Source: a virus
Lineage: Duplodnaviria > Caudoviricetes
Length of the DNA stretch: 28,900 nt
Direction: 5' to 3' (one strand)
IMG/VR virus record: IMGVR_UViG_3300037310_000289
Span: 1 to 28,900 of that record
A program made the position numbers and the translations under genes. Position 1 is the first letter of the stretch. Each line of letters starts with the position of its first letter. The notes beneath the pieces were generated by a model. The model was not told the origin of the DNA. It ran no database searches and saw nothing but the letters and a program-made list of their open reading frames with translations. Positions 1-6,336 of the stretch are shown piece by piece.

Positions 1-75
1 CAACGGGCCGAGCGTGCTGCAGCGATAGGCGAAGTAGCCCGCGAGCAGCAGCAGGGCAAAGCGGCCGAGACTCAT
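1..75 (-). CDS. 5' end of a small hydrophobic/membrane protein running off the window (MSLGRFALLLLAGYFAYRCSTLGPL...)
   Basis: ATG at 75 overlaps the stop of the 72..452 ORF (ATGA). The frame is open for 25 codons to the window edge and the N-terminus is hydrophobic. Confidence 0.4.
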   Translation of the reverse strand, partial: MSLGRFALLLLAGYFAYRCSTLGPL

Positions 76-452
76 CTGCGGGGTGGGCGTTCCTGCGATC
101 GGGTGGTGGACGTTGCAACCCGGTCGGCCCAGGCATACGTGATGGCCGACACGCGCAGCAGCGCCAGCTCGCCCAGCATCGTGCCCAACAGCGCATCGTC
201 CGACGGCGTGAGGTTGGGCGCCGTCTTCACGTACTCGCGCACCACCTCGATCACCAGCGGATCGTCCGCACGCTGGTCCTGCACCAGCAACTCGCCTGGC
301 ACGATGCCGCGCTCCAGCAGCGCATGCAGGCGCTGCCCGTAGCTGCGCGCCTCGTCCTCGTCGTCGAACGTGAAGAAGAATGGCTTGAGCAGCAGCCGAT
401 GAATCACCCGCAACTGGTGGCGCTGCCCGCGCCGCTGCACGCTGATCGACAT
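72..452 (-). pseudogene. int: Truncated phage tyrosine integrase, N-terminal part only (126 aa)
   Basis: Starts ~115 bp from a tRNA-derived att core. The N-terminus (QLRVIHRLLLKPFFFTFDDEDEARSYGQRLHALLERGIVP) resembles betaproteobacterial prophage integrases as I recall them. The ORF ends in a short tail (VATSTTRSQERPPRR) and is too short to contain the catalytic R-H-R-Y domain. Confidence 0.65.
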
Positions 453-462
453 GATGGCCGCG

Positions 463-468
463 ACTGTA
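463..468 (-). promoter_or_regulatory. Possible -10 element (TACAGT) for the integrase, short or leaderless transcript
   Basis: TAnnnT hexamer 10 nt upstream of the ATG at 452, with no Shine-Dalgarno in between. Confidence 0.3.
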
Positions 469-489
469 CGGCCAACCCTGTCCGTTGAG

Positions 490-558
490 CGGTAGCGCTG
501 CTACCGTTTTGAGGCAGCGCGGCACCGGCTGCGAGCCGGTTGTCAGCTGGTTTCAGCT
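490..558. repeat. Repeat cluster flanking att: two 7-3-7 inverted repeats and a 6-bp direct repeat
   Basis: CGGTAGC-gct-GCTACCG (490-506, followed by TTTT), ACCGGCT-gcg-AGCCGGT (524-540), and TCAGCT at 543-548 and 553-558. Confidence 0.6.
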
Positions 559-566
559 ATGAAGGT

Positions 567-612
567 TGGAGGCGCGGGGCGGAGTCGAACCGCCCTGGAC
601 GGATTTGCAATC
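567..612 (-). mobile_element. Attachment-site core: 3' half of tRNA-Cys(GCA) (attP or attR)
   Basis: Minus strand reads GATTGCAAATCCGTCCAGGGCGGTTCGACTCCGCCCCGCGCCTCCA. It contains the GCA anticodon loop, the T-arm GGCGG-TTCGACT-CCGCC, the 3' acceptor strand and CCA. The upstream sequence cannot form the anticodon stem, D-arm or 5' acceptor strand. Confidence 0.9.
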
Positions 613-649
613 GGCCTGGCGCCAATGGTGACAGGCACTTGCGCGGCGG

Positions 650-1162
650 CTACGGGATCGCCTTGCTCGCCTCGCTCGAGTATCCGCTCTCGATACCTTC
701 GCCCACCGCCGTCACGGCGAAGTAGTACGTGCGGCCACCCGGCAGGTCGGCCACGCGGTGCGTGGTGGAGGTGACGAGCACGCCCTGGCCGTAGGGTTGG
801 CTGTACACGCCTGGGGCGGTGCCCCAGTACACGCGGTAGGCGATCACGCGCGGGTCGGACACCGCGCTCCAGCTCAGATCCGCCTGGCCCACGGTGGGCG
901 GCGGTGCTGCGGTAAAGGTCGTCGTGAAGTTCACCCGGCTGCGGCACGAGTAGCGGCCGTTCGCAGCGCGGGTCAGCGTGTCAGCACGGGCCGCATCGAC
1001 GCACGCCTCATGCGTGCGGTGGCTGCGCGTGACGATGCTGGTACCGCGGTACAGGTCGAATGCCGCAGCCGCAGGCACGGGCGATGGGGTCGTGCTGGCG
1101 GTCTGTGCAACGGCGACTTGCGCGCACAGCAGCGCCAGCGCAGTGAGCGCTGGTGTTCTCAT
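650..1162 (-). CDS. Secreted protein with C-terminal fibronectin type III domain (170 aa)
   Basis: Signal peptide ending AVA|Q, Pro/Thr/Ala linkers, and an Fn3 pattern ADLSW...VIAYRVYWG...HRVADLPGGRTYYFAVTAV...ESGYS. Confidence 0.8.
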   Translation of the reverse strand: MRTPALTALALLCAQVAVAQTASTTPSPVPAAAAFDLYRGTSIVTRSHRTHEACVDAARADTLTRAANGRYSCRSRVNFTTTFTAAPPPTVGQADLSWSAVSDPRVIAYRVYWGTAPGVYSQPYGQGVLVTSTTHRVADLPGGRTYYFAVTAVGEGIESGYSSEASKAIP

Positions 1163-1244
1163 GAGAGCCTTCGGGTGGAGTTAGTTAGATCGAGCGCAGG
1201 GCGCGCCGACAACGGGCAGCCTCAGTAGCGCGAGGCCCGCTCAC

Positions 1245-1673
1245 CTACTTCAAGGCGTCGTAGCTGGCTTCGCAGGCTTGTCCGGCTCTGGCTGCCCGGT
1301 CAGCGTATTCAGCCATCGCTCGAAGTCGCTCCGCACATTGGCCGAGCATGTCGGCAAGCATTGGGGCGGCGTCAGGGGCTGACGCGCTTGCGGCGGGAGC
1401 GGCGGCACGCTCGGCAGTGGCGGCGAGTTGCTGGCGCAGGCGCTGCACAGCAGCGCGAGCAGCATCGGCGTCGCGGCGGTGAGTCTCGGCTTTCGTCTCG
1501 GATGCATTGACGATCTCCATCACGACCATGGTGCGGCGGCCCGCTTCCGCTTGCGCTTCGGCTTTCACCTGCCGTAGCTCGTCTCTTGCCTTGACGGCCT
1601 GGCCGTAGTGCCACGCATTCCCTGCGACGGACACGACCAAGGCGATCGCCAGAGCGCCGGCAAAGTAGCTCAC
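1245..1673 (-). CDS. Rz: Inner-membrane spanin (Rz-like, DUF2514-like)
   Basis: N-terminal TM helix, Ala-rich coiled coil, C-terminal AGQACEASYDAL. Lies directly after the endolysin, with a GTG start overlapping its stop. Confidence 0.8.
   Translation of the reverse strand: MSYFAGALAIALVVSVAGNAWHYGQAVKARDELRQVKAEAQAEAGRRTMVVMEIVNASETKAETHRRDADAARAAVQRLRQQLAATAERAAAPAASASAPDAAPMLADMLGQCAERLRAMAEYADRAARAGQACEASYDALK
1250..1507 (-). CDS. Rz1: Outer-membrane spanin lipoprotein fully embedded in Rz (alternative start ATG 1465)
   Basis: Shifted-frame ORF inside Rz with a basic N-region, hydrophobic LLALLCSA|C lipobox-like site and Pro-rich mature part with two further Cys. Confidence 0.75.
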   Translation of the reverse strand: MHPRRKPRLTAATPMLLALLCSACASNSPPLPSVPPLPPQARQPLTPPQCLPTCSANVRSDFERWLNTLTGQPEPDKPAKPATTP

Positions 1674-2164
1674 GCCTCGTTCCGCGAGCTTTGTCCAGCG
1701 TGCGCGAACACCGGAGCTCGATCGGCAGGCATCAGCGCAAGGTGCGTTGCCGGCCAGCGGTAGCCGCGCACGCGGTGCGGCTCGAAGGCGGCCACGTTGA
1801 CCGCATCGCCTTGGTTGCCGCCGAGCACGAGCAGCCGACCGATGTGGTCAACGCCAGTGACGATGCCCACATGCCCACCGCCCTCACGGTCGAAGACGAC
1901 GACTGCACCACGGGCTGGGTACGTCACAGGCACCCCGAACTCCAGCCACGCGAGCGCGCGATACCAATGCTTCGGCGGGGTGATGCCAGCCTCCTGCATC
2001 CATGCGGCCATTGCGGTGCCGCACCACGGCGTTTCGTCGTCGCGCCACCACGCGCGCAGGTCACGCAGCCAGCGCGAGATCGTGGGCTCCGTGCCCGGCC
2101 CCTTGATCTCGCGCAGGCCAATGTACCGCCTCGCGCCCTGCAGCCACGGCGGATCGGCGCTCAC
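1670..2164 (-). CDS. TIGR02594-family CHAP/NlpC-P60-like peptidoglycan peptidase, probable endolysin (164 aa)
   Basis: PPWL..AR..IG.REI.G, DDETPWCG (Cys), GGGHVG (His) and LGGNQGDAV motifs. Lies between holin-like genes and Rz. GTG at 2164 overlaps the upstream stop. Confidence 0.85.
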   Translation of the reverse strand: MSADPPWLQGARRYIGLREIKGPGTEPTISRWLRDLRAWWRDDETPWCGTAMAAWMQEAGITPPKHWYRALAWLEFGVPVTYPARGAVVVFDREGGGHVGIVTGVDHIGRLLVLGGNQGDAVNVAAFEPHRVRGYRWPATHLALMPADRAPVFAHAGQSSRNEA

Positions 2165-2298
2165 TGGTGGCTCGCTTCCTTGAGCTTCTTCGCCCACGCT
2201 TCGAGCGCTGCGGGGTCGCGCTTCAGCATGTAGCGGTAGCCGCCAGCGCCCAATGCAGCGCCGACGATCAGCGCCAAGCCCATCGCAATGATGTCCAT
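2161..2298 (-). CDS. Small single-TM protein (45 aa), possible lysis accessory/antiholin
   Basis: MDIIAMGLALIVGAALGAGGYRYMLKRD..., with RBS GAAGGGA upstream. Stop is coupled to the endolysin start. Confidence 0.65.
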   Translation of the reverse strand: MDIIAMGLALIVGAALGAGGYRYMLKRDPAALEAWAKKLKEASHQ

Positions 2299-2354
2299 GT
2301 GTTGTATCCCTTCAGAGAGTGGCGGGGCAGACGAGCCGCGCCCCGCGTGCGGCT

Positions 2355-2612
2355 TCAAGCCTTGCCTTGCGCCACCAGTTCAAGCCACGCCTTGCACGCG
2401 GCGATCTCGTGCGCTTTCATCTCGCGGCGCGGACCGAACTGCGGCGTGATGACGTAGGTCGCGGTTTCCTGCGCGTAGTCAATGCCCACCAAATTGGGCA
2501 GGCCCGGGATCTGCGGGCAGTTGTCGACCCGGCGCCTCACGCCTGCGCTGATGACGATGCCCGGCTTCACGCCGTCGTGATAGACGCGCGTGCGATACAG
2601 CGCTGCGCTCAC
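2355..2612 (-). CDS. Hypothetical soluble protein (85 aa)
   Basis: GTG start in GTGA overlap with the upstream stop. Globular-looking sequence (MSAALYRTRVYHDG...). Confidence 0.65.
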   Translation of the reverse strand: MSAALYRTRVYHDGVKPGIVISAGVRRRVDNCPQIPGLPNLVGIDYAQETATYVITPQFGPRREMKAHEIAACKAWLELVAQGKA

Positions 2613-2953
2613 TGCCGGCCGCCCGCCACATGCTGCACTTGCTCGGTGTCGATGGCGTCGGCGCGCAGCGTGTACTGCGGCGGGCCGAACTGCCACGCCC
2701 TGCGCCCACTCATGAGCATGTAGAGCATGGCGCCGTTGATGATGAGGTCAGACAAGCCGGGCCACTCACCGAACAGCAGCGGCTGAAACCCGCAGGCTGT
2801 GGCGGCCATCAACATCACGGCGTACATCGCCACGAAGCGAGAACGGGAGCGCACCCCGAGTTGACCCAGCCGGCACACGCATGACCAGCCGATCCCGGTG
2901 CACAGGATCAGGTTTCCCAACGCCACCAGGTAAATCTTGTCTGACCAGTTCAT
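2609..2953 (-). CDS. Holin-like membrane protein (114 aa, about 3 TM)
   Basis: ATGA-coupled start, RBS AAGGGAG, three hydrophobic segments, and position in the lysis cassette. Confidence 0.65.
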   Translation of the reverse strand: MNWSDKIYLVALGNLILCTGIGWSCVCRLGQLGVRSRSRFVAMYAVMLMAATACGFQPLLFGEWPGLSDLIINGAMLYMLMSGRRAWQFGPPQYTLRADAIDTEQVQHVAGGRQ

Positions 2954-3354
2954 TGCGGCTCCCTTTTGCGGCCGGGCAGGTAGTCCATCCATCCGCGCTC
3001 GATGACGAGCCACACCAGCAACTGCGGCCAGCGGTGGCCCACACCCGCGATCAGCGTGGCCACGGGGCCGAGCAGCCACTGCAACTGCACACCTTCGGGC
3101 ACTGCGTAAGCCATGACCAGCATGGACAGCGGAACGGTAAACAGCAGCGACAGGCCCACCCAAGTCACCATGTGCAGCAGCGTGCTCGTGCGGCTGGATT
3201 GGTCGCGCAGGCCCGCACTGATGCCTGCGCCCAGGATCGCTGCCAAGACGATCACCGCATACGGTCCGATCAATTGCGCGAGCTGCGGCGAAAAAGCCGT
3301 GCCCGCGATGGCAATCGCTACGGTCACAGGGTCAATCGGTGGATTGGAGTTCAT
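2950..3354 (-). CDS. Holin-like membrane protein (134 aa, 3-4 TM)
   Basis: ATGA-coupled start (MNSNPPIDPVTVAIAIAG...), several hydrophobic helices and a charged C-terminus. First membrane gene of the lysis cassette. Confidence 0.7.
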   Translation of the reverse strand: MNSNPPIDPVTVAIAIAGTAFSPQLAQLIGPYAVIVLAAILGAGISAGLRDQSSRTSTLLHMVTWVGLSLLFTVPLSMLVMAYAVPEGVQLQWLLGPVATLIAGVGHRWPQLLVWLVIERGWMDYLPGRKREPQ

Positions 3355-3593
3355 GGCCTTCCCTGTTGAAGTCGTTGTTTCCAGTCGGGGAACACGGCAG
3401 CGGCCATCTCTGCGGCGGCACGGGCTTCCGTCTCCAAAGTCAGGCGCGGGCGCTCCTTGAAGTCCCAACGGCCGAACCGCACGGTCACGCCGCGCCTCAT
3501 GCATTCCATCGCCCAGCGGTTGTCGTACTTGTGAAGGCGGCCGGCACGGCTGCCGATGGCCTCGGTCACGCCGTAGGCAAGGCAACTGCTCAC
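3351..3593 (-). CDS. Hypothetical protein (80 aa; MSSCLAYGVTEAIG...)
   Basis: GTG at 3593 is in a GTGA overlap and the stop overlaps the next ATG. It is the 3' part of the 3351..3740 ORF, so the start is uncertain. Confidence 0.5.
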   Translation of the reverse strand: MSSCLAYGVTEAIGSRAGRLHKYDNRWAMECMRRGVTVRFGRWDFKERPRLTLETEARAAAEMAAAVFPDWKQRLQQGRP

Positions 3594-3769
3594 GATTGAC
3601 TGCGCCAGCCGGGGGCCAGCATTCCGCTCAAGGCTTGCCATTGCTCTCGCAACGGCGGCAATGGCAGCGTGTACGGCAATCCCAACGCCTGCAGGCATGT
3701 GGGCGGCAGCACCGGCATCTGCGTCGCGCCCTTGCCCCATACCTCATGCGGGGTAGCACCGATGCTCAC
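3590..3769 (-). CDS. Hypothetical protein (59 aa; MSIGATPHEVWGKG...)
   Basis: GTGA overlaps at both ends, exactly filling the gap between its neighbours. Confidence 0.45.
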   Translation of the reverse strand: MSIGATPHEVWGKGATQMPVLPPTCLQALGLPYTLPLPPLREQWQALSGMLAPGWRSQS

Positions 3770-4620
3770 CGTTTGACGCACACCGCCACCTTATCGTCGC
3801 GCGTACCCACCTGGCAGTAGCGTGTCGCCCCCCTCTGAACCGAAGCCTTGTTGCAGTCGCACGGCTCGCCCTCTCTCACGCGCTCGGTGTGATACAGCGC
3901 CGTCAGCTCGCCCTTGATGGCGATGAAAGCCGGACGCGTGCCAGGCGGGTTGGCATTGCTTGCGGCCTTGGCAACCACCCAAGTCTGCGCAGGCGGCGCC
4001 GGTGGCGGCTTGTCGTGCTGCTCGCGCCATGCGGTCTGCGCCCAACCTATGTCGGCATCGCCCGCTGGGCGTGGTGGTGATGCCTGCCACGCGGCGGCGA
4101 GGGCCGCAGGGTTCAGCATCGGCACGCCGAGCAGGCACTGCGTGAGCTTGCTCTGCGGGCACATGAGGTGCGTCGAGCGCCAGCCGCTTGGCTCCAAGGA
4201 TGATGCGCAATACCACCACAACACATGCACCGGCTCCGCAGTCTTGGGTGCCGTGCCCGCGGGTGCAATGACCACCATGCGTGCAGGCGTACCAGCACCG
4301 CCCACCTGCGTCGGCCAGCAGGCAGGCACGGGGGCGGGCGGTGCAGGCGTGGGCACGGGCACAATCGGATTGATCTGGCACGCCTTCTTGATACCAACAG
4401 CCGGGTCGCTGCCGAACCATGCATTTGTGCACTGACCCGCTCCACCAGACGGCAACTCGCGCTCGATCCATCGCGTGTCGGCGCCGTAGCGCACGATGGA
4501 ACTCGCGGGCACGGTGAAGGGCTGGCCTTCGTTGGCAATGGGCGTCCAGGTTTGCGCATGGGCGCCGTTGGTCAACGCCGCAAACAGCAACAGTACATGG
4601 ATGGTGAATCGTCCGAACAT
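3766..4620 (-). CDS. Secreted Cys-rich multidomain protein (284 aa), lectin-like N-terminal module
   Basis: Signal peptide ending AHA|Q and three modules separated by Pro-rich linkers, with 10 Cys (2+4+4). The first module reads W..IANEG..F.V....VRYGA...W......C.N..FG.DPA.G..K.C. Confidence 0.75.
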   Translation of the reverse strand: MFGRFTIHVLLLFAALTNGAHAQTWTPIANEGQPFTVPASSIVRYGADTRWIERELPSGGAGQCTNAWFGSDPAVGIKKACQINPIVPVPTPAPPAPVPACWPTQVGGAGTPARMVVIAPAGTAPKTAEPVHVLWWYCASSLEPSGWRSTHLMCPQSKLTQCLLGVPMLNPAALAAAWQASPPRPAGDADIGWAQTAWREQHDKPPPAPPAQTWVVAKAASNANPPGTRPAFIAIKGELTALYHTERVREGEPCDCNKASVQRGATRYCQVGTRDDKVAVCVKR

Positions 4621-4669
4621 GGGGGAACTAGAAAGAGGTTGGTGATGTGTAGTCCGCGCCCACCCGCGC

Positions 4670-5446
4670 TCACATGAACGAAGCCGGTGGCGTGAAACTC
4701 GTGCCGCCGGGGTAGCGCTCTGCGCCGATGGTCCAGCGCATGTGCATGTGCGCGCTCAGGTAGAAAGCGTTGTCTTCTCGGCCGCCGATGTTGCAGTTGG
4801 TCTCGCCGCCGTTGTTCAAAACGAAGTTGTTCTCAGAGACGCCGTTGACGTACAAGTCCCAGCGCCCGCCGTCGCCGGCGGCCTTGTTCACTGCGTAGTG
4901 AATCCAAGTTCCAATTGCAATCGTTGTTGTGGTCGGTAGCAGCGATGATCCGTCGTAGAAGTTGAGTTTTCCGCTATCAAGGACGTTTGACCATGTGGAC
5001 GTTGTCGCCCCGGCGCGGTTGTCGAGCACGACTTGCGTGCCGCCGACACTGTTGAAGTACAACCAGAATTCCAGCGTCATCGGCGACAGTGGCGATGATC
5101 CGAGTTGAAAATCGGAAGAGTCCGGCGGTGCCAGCCGCGCATCGCCCGGGAACAGCAGCGACGAAGTGCCGTACTTGGCTTGCGCCGTTGAAGTGGTTAC
5201 CGTGCCGGCGCCGTAGTTGGTGACCGTGCGCGCGTAGCTGCTGCTGTCCGTGTATGTCGTGCCACCGTTGGCGCCATCGCCGTGCATCAGCAGCACAACC
5301 GAGCTGGCGTATTGATCGTCTGAGCCGCCGCTGAAGAATGGCGGGCCAAGGTACTGCGGGTGAGCGCGTTCTATTGTGCGGCGCGGCAGCAGCAAGCCGC
5401 TTTCTCCATCGCGTTCAAAATCGCCCGCGCGCGGCCTGCGCACCAT
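4670..5446 (-). CDS. LamG/concanavalin A-like domain protein, probable receptor-binding or fibre-tip protein (258 aa)
   Basis: TGATG-coupled start. VVLLMHGDGANGGTTYTDSS, STAQAKYGTSSL, MTLEFW, WIHYAV, LYVNG and RY...FTPP..F are motifs typical of phage LamG proteins. Confidence 0.8.
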   Translation of the reverse strand: MVRRPRAGDFERDGESGLLLPRRTIERAHPQYLGPPFFSGGSDDQYASSVVLLMHGDGANGGTTYTDSSSYARTVTNYGAGTVTTSTAQAKYGTSSLLFPGDARLAPPDSSDFQLGSSPLSPMTLEFWLYFNSVGGTQVVLDNRAGATTSTWSNVLDSGKLNFYDGSSLLPTTTTIAIGTWIHYAVNKAAGDGGRWDLYVNGVSENNFVLNNGGETNCNIGGREDNAFYLSAHMHMRWTIGAERYPGGTSFTPPASFM

Positions 5447-6336
5447 CACGAGAATGCCTTGTTCAGCACGCACAGCAGCTTGTCTTCTGTGGCGTCGTAG
5501 ACGCAGGCCAACAGATCGCGCGCGCTGGCTGCCGTGCTCAAGACAGGGGCCGTGCCGCCCGGAAAGTCGTATTTGCTGCCGTATGCCAAAGTGCGGCTTC
5601 CTGTCCCGTCTTGCTTGATGAAAAAGTTTAGCGGCTGGCCGTCGATCATGTTTGTCGGGTTGTCGAGCGTGCGGTTGCCGGCCAGGGTGACGCGGAAGTT
5701 GTTTGCTCCGCCAGACTCGGCATCGACAGCGATGTTCCCGCCATCCGTGAGCGAGACGACGCGTGTGCCGAGAAGGGCCGCAGCCTGCGCAATGCTCAAG
5801 TCCTCGACAGCGCCAGCGCCGGCGCTGTTTCGTCCCTTGAGCGTCTTGGTCGCCACGTTCGACAGCTTGGCGTTGGTGACTGCCTCGTTTTCGATCGTCC
5901 ACGTTGCGCCTGAGCCGCTGACAACGATGTCGCCCTTGTCTCCATCAGAAATCGCGGTAGTGGCCGCGTGATCGAAAACGCCGCCGTCGTCGTACCGCGC
6001 GTCCAGGTACGTGAGCACACCAGAAGCAAACACGGCGCGTCCCACACGGCCGTAAGTCGTGCCGTTGTTCCAGTTGGTTGTTGCCGTGGACACGGACAGC
6101 GCGCCACCGGTGCGCGCAGCGACGATGTAGTTCGTGGCGCTGTCCGTGCAGGTCAGGTCGGCGCCGGCGACGTTGATGCCTTTGTAGTGCCCGCCGCCGA
6201 TTCGGACGACCAGCCCACTGCTCTGGCCGACGATGCGTGCGAACGTCCAGACCTGCCCCTGAGACTCGTTGTTGTCGTTGATCTTCGGGTAGGGCTGCAG
6301 GTCGCCGTCCGGGATCTGTTCGTATTCGAGTGCCAT
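5446..6336 (-). CDS. Tail fibre/adaptor protein (296 aa)
   Basis: Follows the megatron-like gene. Contains DGDKGDIVVSGSGATWTI...VTNAKL and a C-terminal TLAGNRTLDNPTN...QDGTGSRTL...FPGGTAPVLST module typical of phage fibres. Confidence 0.75.
   Translation of the reverse strand: MALEYEQIPDGDLQPYPKINDNNESQGQVWTFARIVGQSSGLVVRIGGGHYKGINVAGADLTCTDSATNYIVAARTGGALSVSTATTNWNNGTTYGRVGRAVFASGVLTYLDARYDDGGVFDHAATTAISDGDKGDIVVSGSGATWTIENEAVTNAKLSNVATKTLKGRNSAGAGAVEDLSIAQAAALLGTRVVSLTDGGNIAVDAESGGANNFRVTLAGNRTLDNPTNMIDGQPLNFFIKQDGTGSRTLAYGSKYDFPGGTAPVLSTAASARDLLACVYDATEDKLLCVLNKAFS

Noticed and set aside
567-640. Complete tRNA-Cys gene
   Set aside because: Only the part from the anticodon loop to CCA is present. 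The upstream bases do not pair into an anticodon stem, D-arm or acceptor stem.
2322-2346. Rho-independent terminator at the GCGGGGC/GCCCCGC hairpin in the lysis cassette
   Set aside because: The stem is present but there is no U tract on either strand, so a terminator call is not supported.
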